A DNA stretch of 53,360 bases, taken from positions 1 to 53,360 of the forward strand of contig DASTUJ010000193.1 in assembly GCA_035759705.1 (NCBI GenBank), read 5' to 3'. Made by a program: the position numbers and the translations under genes. Of the stretch, positions 26,299 through 35,229 are shown in pieces (position 1 is the first letter of the stretch; every line of letters starts with the position of its first letter). Under the pieces are notes generated by a model. That model made no database searches. It saw nothing but the letters and a program-made list of their open reading frames with translations, and was not told where the DNA came from. Source of the DNA: Actinomycetota bacterium. GTDB taxonomy: Bacteria > Actinomycetota > CADDZG01 > JAHWKV01.

Positions 26299-27693
26299 AT
26301 GGCGAAGACGACGGCTGGGGATAGGGCTCTGGAGTTGCGCAACCTGCCCCAGGTCGACCGGCTGAGCGGCGCCCTTCCCCGGTCGGTCCCTCCATCGCTG
26401 AGGGTAGCCGCCGCCCGAGCGTCGATCGCGGCAGCCGCCGAATCCATCCTTTCCGGGGAGGCCGCCCCCTCTTTCGACGAGCTGGTCGCTTCGGCGACCG
26501 GACGGCTGGACGCCCAGGGCCGCCGGCGGCTGAGGCCCCTGGTCAACGCCACAGGGGTCCTCCTGCACACCAACCTGGGGCGTGCGCCCCTGGCGGGTGG
26601 AGCGCTCGACGCCGTCCGCGACGTGGCTTCCGGCTACTCCAACCTCGAGTTCAACCTGGAGACGGGGAAACGGGGCACCCGCTACGAGCACTCCGCCGAG
26701 ATGCTGGCGTCCCTGACCGGCGCCGAGTCCGCCCTGGTGGTAAACAACAACGCTGCAGCGGTGCTTCTGGCGCTCTCCGGACTGTCCCGGGGCAAGGAGG
26801 CAATCATCTCCCGCGGAGAGTTGATCGAGATCGGCGGCGAGTTCCGGATTCCCGAGATCATGGCGGAGTCCGGTGCGGTCATGCGGGAGGTGGGAACCAC
26901 CAACCGGACCCACCTGAAGGACTACGTCAACGCAATCACGCCGGAGACCGGGGTCATCCTCAAGGTTCACCCCTCCAACTACGAGGTCACCGGCTTCACC
27001 AAGACCGTGTCCGGGCGGGAGCTGTCCGAGCTGGCGCACTCTCGGGACATCCCCCTCGTCCACGATGTGGGCAGCGGCCTGCTCTCCCGCCACCTGCCGG
27101 GCGGGGTCCCCTCCTGGCTCTCCAGGGAGCCCTCGGTGAACGATGCGGTGGATGACGGCGCCGACATAGTCACGTTCTCCGGCGACAAGCTTCTCGGCGG
27201 CCCCCAGGCCGGAATCCTGGTAGGCAGGTCCGACGCGCTCGCCAAACTCCGCAAGAGCCCCCTCCTGCGGGCGTTCCGCACCGACAAGACCACGCTGGCC
27301 GCCCTGGACGCGACCCTGATGGCGTACCTGTCGGGCGAGGTCGCCCGCATCCCCTTCTGGCGGATGGCTCTTGCCGGCGCGGAGGAGATCGGCGTGCGGG
27401 CTAAGGCCCTGGCCGCCGGGCTGCCCGAAAACCGGGCCCGAGTCGAGGTCGTAAGCGGGTTCTCCACCACCGGCGGCGGCTCGGCCCCCGCCAGCCGGAT
27501 CCCCACCGCCCTGCTTCGGGTCGAGCCGGAGAACGGCGGCGCCCAGGCCCTGGCCGAAGCCCTCCTGGCGCACGACCCCCACGTCGTGGCCCGGATCGAG
27601 GACGGCGGGTTGGTGGTGGATCTGAGAACGGTCGACCCGCCGGACGACCGGGTGGTCGCCTCCGCCCTAAGCAGCGCCTTGAAGGGAACTTAG
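26299..27693 (+). CDS. selA: L-seryl-tRNA(Sec) selenium transferase
   Basis: NATGVLLHTNLGRAPL, NNNAAAVLL, FSGDKLLGGPQAGILVG (PLP lysine context). Confidence 0.92.
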   Translation: MAKTTAGDRALELRNLPQVDRLSGALPRSVPPSLRVAAARASIAAAAESILSGEAAPSFDELVASATGRLDAQGRRRLRPLVNATGVLLHTNLGRAPLAGGALDAVRDVASGYSNLEFNLETGKRGTRYEHSAEMLASLTGAESALVVNNNAAAVLLALSGLSRGKEAIISRGELIEIGGEFRIPEIMAESGAVMREVGTTNRTHLKDYVNAITPETGVILKVHPSNYEVTGFTKTVSGRELSELAHSRDIPLVHDVGSGLLSRHLPGGVPSWLSREPSVNDAVDDGADIVTFSGDKLLGGPQAGILVGRSDALAKLRKSPLLRAFRTDKTTLAALDATLMAYLSGEVARIPFWRMALAGAEEIGVRAKALAAGLPENRARVEVVSGFSTTGGGSAPASRIPTALLRVEPENGGAQALAEALLAHDPHVVARIEDGGLVVDLRTVDPPDDRVVASALSSALKGT

Positions 27694-29522
27694 TGCCCGT
27701 AATCGGCACCGCCGGGCACGTCGACCACGGAAAAAGCACCCTCGTAAACGCCCTGACCGGGATCGACCCCGACCGGCTGGAGGAGGAGAAGCGCCGTGGC
27801 CTGACCATCGACCTCGGGTTTGCGTGGTTCACCACCCCGGCGGGACGGGAGGTCGGCATTGTCGACGTCCCCGGCCACGAGCGGTTCATCAAGAACATGC
27901 TGGCCGGCGCCGGGGCGATCAACCTCAACCTGTTCGTGGTCGCCGCCAACGAGGGGTGGAAGCCGCAGTCGCAGGAGCACCTCGACATCCTCCACACGCT
28001 GGGGATCTCGGCGGCGATCGTCGTGATCACCAAAACCGACACCGTCGACGAGGAGACGCTGGCGGCGGTGCGCGACTCGGTCGCTTCGAAGATCGAGGGC
28101 ACCAGCCTGGCCGGGTCGCCGATCCTGGGGGTCTCTGCGACCACCGGCGAGGGGCTCGGCGAGCTGGTCGCCGCCGTCGACCACCTGCTGGCGACGACCC
28201 CGGAGCCGGCCGACCTCGGAAGGGCGCGGCTGTGGATCGACCGGGTGTTCACGATCAAAGGGTCCGGGACCGTGGTCACCGGGACTCTGAGCGGGGGCTT
28301 TTTGGAGGTCGACCAGCCGGTGGAGGTCCTGCCGGGCGACACCCGGGCCCGGGTGCGCACGATCCAGTCGCACCGGACGCAGTGGACTCGCCTGGGGCCG
28401 GGAAACCGGACCGCGCTGAACCTGGTCGGGGCCGACGCCAAGGCGCTGGGGCGCGGCCACAGCCTCGGGCCGCTGGGGGCCTGGCGGACCACCGACAAGC
28501 TGCTGGCGTCGCTCAGCTTCCTCCCCCACCTGGACCACACTCCCCAGGAGCGGGGGGCGTACAAGTTTCACGTCGGGTCGGTGGAGATCGACGCTACCCT
28601 TCGCTTTCTCCAGGCGCCGGGACAAAACGGGGAGGCCGGGCTGGCCGCGATCCGGCTGGCGAAGCCGACGGTCCTGGACTTCTCCGACCGGTTCATCATC
28701 CGTGACTCCGGCCGGCAGCAGACCGTCGGCGGCGGAGTGGTGCTGGAGGCTCACCCGGGCAAGTTCCGGGGGGACGCCGCAGTCACCGCCGCCCGGGCCC
28801 GCATGCTGGCCGGCAGCCGGCACGACTACGTCCTCGTGCTGCTCGAGGAGTCGGGCTTCCTGCCGCTGGACGAGATATTCGTGAGGACCGGGGTGACACC
28901 CCAGGCCGCCCAGGACCTGCAGATCCTCACCCTGCCCAACTTCGCGGTGTCGCCGGAGGCGTTCGACCGGATTGCGGCCCAGGCGATCTCCCACGTCCGG
29001 GCGTACCAGGCTTCCCACTCGCTCGATCCGGGCCTGCCGCTGACGACCCTGCGAGCTGCGCTGCGCCTCGACCACCGGTTCGTCGACGAGCTGGTGGACG
29101 AGCTGGACCGCCGGAAGCTGGTGGCGGCCGACGGCACGGTCGTGCGCACGCCGGACTTCAAGCCGATGATCCTGGCGCCCGAGCGGGATCAGATCCTCCG
29201 GGAGCTGAACGAGGCCGGCGCCTCTCCCCCGACCGTTGCCTCGCTGTCCCAGGGGTATGGCGCCGACATGGTGCGGGCGCTGGTGCGTTCCGGGGACCTG
29301 GTGCAGGTCAGCCCGGACTTCGTCTACCCAACGGAGTGGGTCGACCGGGTCAAGGAGTCGCTGCGGGCACGGATCGCCGAGGCCGGGCCGTTCACCGTGG
29401 CCGAGTTCCGGGACCTGGTGGGGACCACCCGCAAGTTCGCGGTGCCGTTCCTGGAGTTCCTGGACCGGACCGGCTTCACCACCCGCCAGGGCGACGTCAG
29501 AAAGCTGGGCCCGAAGGCTTAG
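27693..29522 (+). CDS. selB: selenocysteine-specific translation elongation factor
   Basis: GTPase motifs GHVDHGKSTL, DVPGHERF and TKTD. ~600 aa with a C-terminal winged-helix extension. GTG overlaps the selA TAG (TAGTG). Confidence 0.92.
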   Translation: MPVIGTAGHVDHGKSTLVNALTGIDPDRLEEEKRRGLTIDLGFAWFTTPAGREVGIVDVPGHERFIKNMLAGAGAINLNLFVVAANEGWKPQSQEHLDILHTLGISAAIVVITKTDTVDEETLAAVRDSVASKIEGTSLAGSPILGVSATTGEGLGELVAAVDHLLATTPEPADLGRARLWIDRVFTIKGSGTVVTGTLSGGFLEVDQPVEVLPGDTRARVRTIQSHRTQWTRLGPGNRTALNLVGADAKALGRGHSLGPLGAWRTTDKLLASLSFLPHLDHTPQERGAYKFHVGSVEIDATLRFLQAPGQNGEAGLAAIRLAKPTVLDFSDRFIIRDSGRQQTVGGGVVLEAHPGKFRGDAAVTAARARMLAGSRHDYVLVLLEESGFLPLDEIFVRTGVTPQAAQDLQILTLPNFAVSPEAFDRIAAQAISHVRAYQASHSLDPGLPLTTLRAALRLDHRFVDELVDELDRRKLVAADGTVVRTPDFKPMILAPERDQILRELNEAGASPPTVASLSQGYGADMVRALVRSGDLVQVSPDFVYPTEWVDRVKESLRARIAEAGPFTVAEFRDLVGTTRKFAVPFLEFLDRTGFTTRQGDVRKLGPKA

Positions 29523-30916
29523 GCGTCTTCCTCGATCTCCACCGGCGTGTCGACGTCCGACTGGGCCGGCGCTTCGTTCGTCGGCTCGACCATCAGCATC
29601 AGGCCGGAGATGCCCTTCACCTTCACCGCGGTCCCCTGCCCTATGGCCGCTCCCAGCGTGCGGGCCCTCCACAGGGTGCCCCGGGCCATGACCTGGCCGT
29701 CCGGTGCAATGTCGGTGCGGGCGACGCCGACCGCCTCCAGGATCCCGTCGGATCCGGGGAGTGGCTTGGCCGTCCGGGCCCGGATTGCCGAGGTCATGAC
29801 CGAGACGAAGAACAGCACGGTCATCACGATGCCGCCGATCGCCGCCCACCAGCTCAACCGGATCGCAGGGTGCGACCCGCCGTAGAGCAGGAAGGTCCCC
29901 GCGATCAGTGAGATCACACCCAGGATCGAAAGGATGGCCAGGGTCCCCCGGCTGAGGTCCCAGGTCAGCAACCAGATCGCCAGGACCAGCAGCGCCACCG
30001 CGATCCACGAAACCGGCAGGGCCGTGAAGGCGTAGAAGCTGAACCCGAGGGCGATGGTCCCGGCCACCCCTCCGGCGCCGAGGCCGGGGTTGTAGAGCTC
30101 GAAGATCAGTCCGAAAAAGCCGATCAGCAGGAGAAGGTAGGCGTACTCCGGGCGCATCGCGCTGTGGGCGAGCCGCTCGAGCACGCCCATCTTCACGAAG
30201 CGGAGGGTGAGCGGTTCGTCCGGGATCGTGGCTGAGCCGTCGAGGAGGGGAACCTCCACGCCCCGGATGGACTGCAGCAGCTCCTGTACGGTCGGCTCGA
30301 TGCCGTCGGCCACGCCCAGGTCCACCGCTTCTTCGGCGGTCAGTGCGTCGGAGACCAGCCGGTCGACCGCCTGGGGGCTGAGCTGCTTGTTGCCGTCGGC
30401 GGCCACCTGCTGGATGGCCTCGGCGGCGGTGCCGTCGTCACCGGTGTCCTCCCCCCGGTAGTCCCGGAGGTCCAACGGGTAGGCGGGTCCGACGGTGGCG
30501 CCGGGCGACATCACGGTCAGATGCCCGGCGAGCGCCAGCAGGGAGCCGGAGGAGCCGGCCTCGGCGTCGCCGGGGGCAACCCACACCAGGACCGGCACGG
30601 TCGACTCGGACATCGCGTGGAGCACCGGGCCCATCGACGCATCGAGCGCGCCCGGGGTGTCGACCCGAAGAATCACCAGTGCCGAACCGGCCTCCTGCGA
30701 GGCGGTGATGTGCCGCAGGAGGAAGCTGGCGGCGGAGGAGTCGAGCGCCCCGCTGACCTCTACGTAGTCGGCGACGTTCGACTGCTCGGCCGGGGCGGCC
30801 TGGGTAGCCGCCGGGAAGGCGAGCGCGAGCACCCCGAGGGCGATCAGAGTGAGCAGAAACAGCGACCCTCTGCGGGGTGGGGCGGTAGCGACCAACGAGC
30901 CTCCTGAACTGTCCAT
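29519..30916 (-). CDS. NfeD-family membrane-bound serine protease (ClpP-class N-domain, TM block, C-terminal OB domain)
   Basis: Signal peptide. ALVILRVDTPGALDASM (ClpP-like segment), 4-5 TM helices, and the C-terminal VARTDIAPDGQVMARGTLWRARTLG..IGQGTAVKV NfeD OB motif. Confidence 0.8.
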   Translation of the reverse strand: MDSSGGSLVATAPPRRGSLFLLTLIALGVLALAFPAATQAAPAEQSNVADYVEVSGALDSSAASFLLRHITASQEAGSALVILRVDTPGALDASMGPVLHAMSESTVPVLVWVAPGDAEAGSSGSLLALAGHLTVMSPGATVGPAYPLDLRDYRGEDTGDDGTAAEAIQQVAADGNKQLSPQAVDRLVSDALTAEEAVDLGVADGIEPTVQELLQSIRGVEVPLLDGSATIPDEPLTLRFVKMGVLERLAHSAMRPEYAYLLLLIGFFGLIFELYNPGLGAGGVAGTIALGFSFYAFTALPVSWIAVALLVLAIWLLTWDLSRGTLAILSILGVISLIAGTFLLYGGSHPAIRLSWWAAIGGIVMTVLFFVSVMTSAIRARTAKPLPGSDGILEAVGVARTDIAPDGQVMARGTLWRARTLGAAIGQGTAVKVKGISGLMLMVEPTNEAPAQSDVDTPVEIEEDA

Positions 30917-30921
30917 ATAAT
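30916..30921 (+). promoter_or_regulatory. -10 box (TATAAT) positioned for a leaderless transcript of the 30928 gene
   Basis: Perfect TATAAT at 30916-30921. The A of ATG 30928 is the 7th nt downstream. No SD is possible in the 11-bp gap to the divergent NfeD start. Confidence 0.4.
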
Positions 30922-30927
30922 GCGGTC

Positions 30928-31896
30928 ATGCTTAAGACCAAGAAAGTCACCATTCAGGAAATCAAGGCCCAGCTCGCCAATCGTATCGCCGAATACGACA
31001 TCCCCAGCGGCGTGGGCTCTGCAGGAACCGTCGAGATCTCGCTGGCCCAGGGCGTAACCCGCACGTTTCGCGCCCACTGGACCGGCTTCCGCCTCACCTA
31101 CCAACGGCCCACTCTGGTCCTGAAGGCGTCTCTCAAGGACGGCAGCTTCTGGTCCGAGGGCTACATCTCCCCCGATCAGCCCAGCTTCGTCCTCGTCTTC
31201 CGCAAAAAGCCGCACAAGTCTCGCGGCACCGGCGCCGAGCGCCCGGACGACAAGTTCTCCTCGGCCCAGGCGCTGGAGACCTCCCGGTCCATCACCGCGG
31301 CTCGGGTGGAGGAAGGCGTGGTCGCCGACGAGGAGATCATCCGCTACGAGGATTTCGACGACCCCTTCGAGGCGGTCGACGAGTTCTTCAACTACACCTC
31401 GTTCTACGGCCTGCGGGCGGTCGACCTCGAGCTCTCGCAGTTCGGGTTCGTGGCCGACGAGTCGGTTCGCTGGGAAGACCAGGCGATCGACTACAAGGCT
31501 ACGCCGGACCTGGCCAAGATCGAGGAGGGCCTCAAGCGCTCCGACATCCTGTGGCTCTCCGTCGACACCGACCCGGGCGGCAAGCCGGTCCCCTGCTGGT
31601 TCCTCTACACCAAGGACAAGCGGCTGTTCATCCTGTCGGGAGAGCCCGAGCAGCGGATTCCGTTCGCCGGTCAGGTCAAGAAGGCGCACGTCCAAACCCG
31701 CTGGAAGGGCCGGGACGCCACCATGGTGGACTTCGACGCCAGGGTGCGCCCGATCACGGCCGCCGACGGCGACGAGTTCCGGGAGGTCGCGCAGCTTTTG
31801 GTGGCAAAGCGCCAGTCGGTAAGGGGCAGTGCGGCGGACACCATCGACGCCTGGATGCGTGACGCGGTGATCCTGGAGCTCTTCCCCGGGGGTTAG
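30928..31896 (+). CDS. hypothetical protein (C-terminal half loosely resembles a PNPOx-like split beta-barrel)
   Basis: 322-aa ORF with normal composition and codon bias. The segment ILWLSVDTDPGGKPVPCWFLYTKDKRLFILSG...VDFDARVRPI only suggests a PPOX-like fold. Confidence 0.6.
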   Translation: MLKTKKVTIQEIKAQLANRIAEYDIPSGVGSAGTVEISLAQGVTRTFRAHWTGFRLTYQRPTLVLKASLKDGSFWSEGYISPDQPSFVLVFRKKPHKSRGTGAERPDDKFSSAQALETSRSITAARVEEGVVADEEIIRYEDFDDPFEAVDEFFNYTSFYGLRAVDLELSQFGFVADESVRWEDQAIDYKATPDLAKIEEGLKRSDILWLSVDTDPGGKPVPCWFLYTKDKRLFILSGEPEQRIPFAGQVKKAHVQTRWKGRDATMVDFDARVRPITAADGDEFREVAQLLVAKRQSVRGSAADTIDAWMRDAVILELFPGG

Positions 31897-31923
31897 GCCG
31901 TCCCACCCCACCCTCCAAACAGC

Positions 31924-32949
31924 TTGAGCGAACAACCCGATCCCACCGAACTCACATCGGCTGCCTTTCTGCTGAGGCTTTCGGCGCGCCCGGTGATCCT
32001 GGCCGGCGGCGGGGTCGCAGAAGCCGGGGCCTTCGACGAGCTGGCGTCGATCGCCGAAAAGCTCGACACCCCGGTGGTGACCACCTGGAACGGCAAGGGC
32101 ACGATCTCCGACCGCCACGAGCTGTCCGCCGGGGCGCTGTTCGGGACCGCGGAGGCCCGGGCCGCGCTGGAGTCGGCCGACACGGTCCTCGCCGTCGGCA
32201 CGACCTTCGACGCCGGGCCCGGTGACCCCGATCTCAACCTGCCCGCCCAGATGATCCAGATCGACAGCGACCCCGGGCAGATCGGACGCAGGTACCCGCT
32301 GCGACTGGGCATCGTCGGGGACGCCAAAGCGGTGCTTTCGGGCATCCTCACCGCCCTCGAGGCGCCCAACCCGTTGCAGGGAGTTGCCGACCGGACCTCG
32401 ATCGAAGAGCCCGACCGAACCGGCCCGGCCCGGGCGAAAGAGCTGCGCGACGCGGCCCGGAGCCGGGCGGCAACGGGTGGCCCCGACCAGCTGGCGGCAC
32501 TGGAGGGCATCCGCCGCGCCCTGCCCGACGACACCTCGATCCTCCACCGGCACCCGGGGTCGGCGGCCTGGTTCCACCCGTTCTTCGAGGTGGCCGAGGC
32601 CGGCACCTGGCTGGCCCCGACGAACCCCGACTACCCGGTGGCCGAAGCTGCCGCCGACGCAGGCGGCGCCTCCGGGACCACGGTGACCTTCTGCGAGGAG
32701 GACGAGCTGATCCCGCACCTGCAGGAGCTGGAGGGCGTGGAGGAGCCTGCCAGCCTGGTGTTCGTGGTGTTCACCGACCGGTCCGATGCGGACAAGGAGT
32801 CGGCGCTCGCCCGGGCGGCGAACGAGACCGGCCTGTCGGTGGCGGTCACCTCGGGGACCGGCGAGCTCGAAGCTGCGCTCGCCCGGGCGGCCGCCTCCGC
32901 CAGCCACACGATCATCGAGTCCGACCTCGGTTGGGGGACTCCTGCCTAA
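31924..32949 (+). CDS. TPP-enzyme central-domain protein (acetolactate-synthase-like relic lacking the N-terminal PYR domain, with a degenerate TPP-binding motif)
   Basis: RPVILAGGGV...LAEKLDTPVVTTWNGKG...ADTVLAVGTTFD...IQIDSDPGQIG...IVGDAKAVL matches the TPP_enzyme_M pattern. There is no room upstream for a PYR domain. The GDG...NN motif is replaced by CEEDE...FTD. Start (TTG 31924) is uncertain. Confidence 0.6.
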   Translation: MSEQPDPTELTSAAFLLRLSARPVILAGGGVAEAGAFDELASIAEKLDTPVVTTWNGKGTISDRHELSAGALFGTAEARAALESADTVLAVGTTFDAGPGDPDLNLPAQMIQIDSDPGQIGRRYPLRLGIVGDAKAVLSGILTALEAPNPLQGVADRTSIEEPDRTGPARAKELRDAARSRAATGGPDQLAALEGIRRALPDDTSILHRHPGSAAWFHPFFEVAEAGTWLAPTNPDYPVAEAAADAGGASGTTVTFCEEDELIPHLQELEGVEEPASLVFVVFTDRSDADKESALARAANETGLSVAVTSGTGELEAALARAAASASHTIIESDLGWGTPA

Positions 32950-32971
32950 AAACCCCCGTGCGATCTTCAAG

Positions 32972-33826
32972 GTGCTCGCCGGACTGGCTGCCGCCGGCCT
33001 GGCGCCGGTGGCTTACGGATTTGTCGAGGCCAAGCGGTTTCGCATCGGCCGTTACGAGGTTCCGATCCTGCCCCCGGGCGCCAACCCGATCCGGATCCTC
33101 CAGGTCTCCGACTTCCACCTCAGGCCCCAGAACCGGCTGATGATCAAGTTCCTGAAGTCGCTCGGCTCCGAGGAGTACGACCTGGTGTTCGCCACCGGCG
33201 ACCTGCTCGGGGGCCTCGATGCGGTCGACGACTGCCTGGAGGTCCTGAACGGACTTCGCGGCCGGGCGGGGCGGCTCTTCGTGTTCGGCTCATCCGACTA
33301 CTTCGCGCCGGTGCTGAAGAACTACTTCGACTACTTCCGGAAACGCCGCCGCCACGGCAGGATGCGCAACCCTACGCAGCAATTCCGCCGCAGCCTGCTG
33401 GAGGCCGGCTGGCTGGACATGAACAACGCCAACGTCGTCCTGGACGTGAACGCCACCCGGACCCAGCTGACCGGCCTGGACGACCCGTACCTCAAGTGGG
33501 ACAACCGGGCTCTGCTCAAAAAGGACCCGTCGGCCGAGATCTCCATCCTGGTGGTCCACGCCCCCGACCCGTACGAGGACGCGTTCAAGGAGGGTTACGA
33601 CCTGCTGGTCGCCGGCCACACCCACGGCGGGCAGGTGCGGTTCCCGTTCGTCGGGGCGGTGGTGACCAACTCCACCCTGCCGACATCGCTGGCGATGGGC
33701 CTTTCGAAGGTCGGCCGCTCGTGGCTGTTCGTCACCCCCGGCGTCGGCACCGGCAAGTTTGCCCCCTTCCGGTTCCTCTGCCCGCCCGAGGCGTCGGTCC
33801 TGACCCTGGTCCCCCGCCAAGACTAG
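32972..33826 (+). CDS. membrane-anchored metallophosphoesterase (calcineurin-like, YkuE-type)
   Basis: TM helix, then ILQVSDFHL, FATGDLLGG and AGHTHGGQV. GTG 32972 is the first canonical start after the upstream gene. The track start at 32786 gives an Arg-rich 164-nt overlap. Confidence 0.75.
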   Translation: MLAGLAAAGLAPVAYGFVEAKRFRIGRYEVPILPPGANPIRILQVSDFHLRPQNRLMIKFLKSLGSEEYDLVFATGDLLGGLDAVDDCLEVLNGLRGRAGRLFVFGSSDYFAPVLKNYFDYFRKRRRHGRMRNPTQQFRRSLLEAGWLDMNNANVVLDVNATRTQLTGLDDPYLKWDNRALLKKDPSAEISILVVHAPDPYEDAFKEGYDLLVAGHTHGGQVRFPFVGAVVTNSTLPTSLAMGLSKVGRSWLFVTPGVGTGKFAPFRFLCPPEASVLTLVPRQD

Positions 33827-34434
33827 AGCTCGTCCGGTGAGCTCCAACGCTCCCGGTGCACGACCTCGGCCTCCGGCTTGTGTCCCCGCGCCAGGGAGCC
33901 CGACCGGCGGTCCGGGGCCGGCACCCCGATGGTGACCAGCCCAATCGGCTGCACCTCTCCAGGGATCCCCAGCAGCCGCTTTAGGGCGCCGTAACCTTCC
34001 GCATCGAGGTCCAGGAACCCGGCTCCAAGGCCTTCGTCGGCCGCCGCCAGCAGCATCAACATCAGGGCGCACCCCCCGTCGACGAACCAGTAGGGCACCG
34101 GCCAGGGCCTTTCGGCGCCGCCGGAGAGCTTGTCCGGCTCGCGGTAGCGCTCGTGGTACGCCTGCTCGCTAACGCAAATCACCACGTGAACCGGGGCGCT
34201 CGACAGCCAGGGGTCGAACCCACGCTTGACATAGGCGGGCTCCCGGGCGATCCCGGCGATCTCGGCGCGCCGGGCCGGGTCGGTCACCACCACGAAGGAC
34301 TGCCCCTGCGTGAACCCGGCGCTCGGCCCCCTTCGGGCGGCCTGCAGGATCCGGTCGAGCCGGCGCTCGGCGACCGGCTCGGGGGCGTAGTGGCGCACCA
34401 TGCGACGGCGTTTGAGCAACTCCTCGAACTCCAT
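33823..34434 (-). CDS. nitroreductase family protein
   Basis: RRMVRHYAPEPV...ILQAARRGPSAGFTQGQSFVVV, a typical nitroreductase N-terminus. Confidence 0.85.
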   Translation of the reverse strand: MEFEELLKRRRMVRHYAPEPVAERRLDRILQAARRGPSAGFTQGQSFVVVTDPARRAEIAGIAREPAYVKRGFDPWLSSAPVHVVICVSEQAYHERYREPDKLSGGAERPWPVPYWFVDGGCALMLMLLAAADEGLGAGFLDLDAEGYGALKRLLGIPGEVQPIGLVTIGVPAPDRRSGSLARGHKPEAEVVHRERWSSPDEL

Positions 34435-34488
34435 GAAGGCCTACCCTATTGCCAACGGCCGGGCTTGTGACAGGCGCGACGTGAAAGG

Positions 34489-34860
34489 ATGGCGGCCATG
34501 GCGATCAACGGCGCTCATGTGCTGATCTACACCCCGGAGCCGGAGGCTCTGAGGGCGGTCTTCAGAGACGTTTTAGACTGGCCCCACGTCGACTCCGGGG
34601 GCGGGTGGCTGATCTTCCGGCTCCCTCCGGCCGAGCTGGCGTTCCATCCGGCTGAGGGGCCGACCTACGACAGCGGTGTCCGCACCCAGCTGACGTTCAT
34701 GTGCGACGACCTCCGCACGACGATCAAGGAGCTGACCGACCGGGGGCTCGAGATCCGCGGAGAGCCCGAGGACGAGGGCTGGGGGATCACGACGACCCTG
34801 GTGCTTCCCGGCGGCGTGGAGCTGATGTTGTACGAGCCTAGGCACCCCACCGCCATCTGA
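34489..34860 (+). CDS. VOC/glyoxalase-bleomycin-resistance family protein
   Basis: 123 aa with the beta-alpha-beta-beta-beta pattern: GAHVLIYTPEPEALRAVFRDVL ... LAFHP ... GGVELMLYEPRHP. Confidence 0.8.
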   Translation: MAAMAINGAHVLIYTPEPEALRAVFRDVLDWPHVDSGGGWLIFRLPPAELAFHPAEGPTYDSGVRTQLTFMCDDLRTTIKELTDRGLEIRGEPEDEGWGITTTLVLPGGVELMLYEPRHPTAI

Positions 34861-34878
34861 GTCCGCTCGCTGCGTCGA

Positions 34879-35229
34879 TCAGACCCGGTGGTTGCCCGCC
34901 GACTCCATGGTCGAGTACACGGGGATAACCGCAATGACCCCGCCGATCTCCAGCGCCTTGCGGAGGACGGAATTTGACGGCACGACCAGTAGCAGCCGCT
35001 GCTGGCGGTCCTCCAGGAGCCGCCTCATGTTGAGCAGCGAGCGGATTCCGGCGCTGTCCAGGTAGGTGACGAGTCCTAGGTCGATTGTCAGTCCGTCGTC
35101 GGAGTTGTGCATCGCGCCCAGGGCCGCCTGCTCCAAACCGGCGGCGTTGGACATGTCGACGTCCCCGTCCCAGGTCGCGCTCACCCAGCGGCCGTCCCGG
35201 TGGATCCCGGCCGGTTCGGCGCCGCTCAC
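34879..35229 (-). CDS. anti-sigma-factor antagonist (STAS)
   Basis: DGDVDMSNAAGLEQAAL ... VTYLDSAGIRSLLNM ... LRKALEIGGV. GTG 35229 forms a GTGA overlap with the upstream phosphatase/kinase gene. Confidence 0.8.
   Translation of the reverse strand: MSGAEPAGIHRDGRWVSATWDGDVDMSNAAGLEQAALGAMHNSDDGLTIDLGLVTYLDSAGIRSLLNMRRLLEDRQQRLLLVVPSNSVLRKALEIGGVIAVIPVYSTMESAGNHRV

Noticed and set aside
27690-32970. Very long minus-strand ORFs 27690-30008 (772 aa) and 30844-32970 (708 aa)
   Set aside because: They are antisense to selB/NfeD and to the 30928/31924 genes, with low-complexity Arg/Gly/Pro composition and no motifs.
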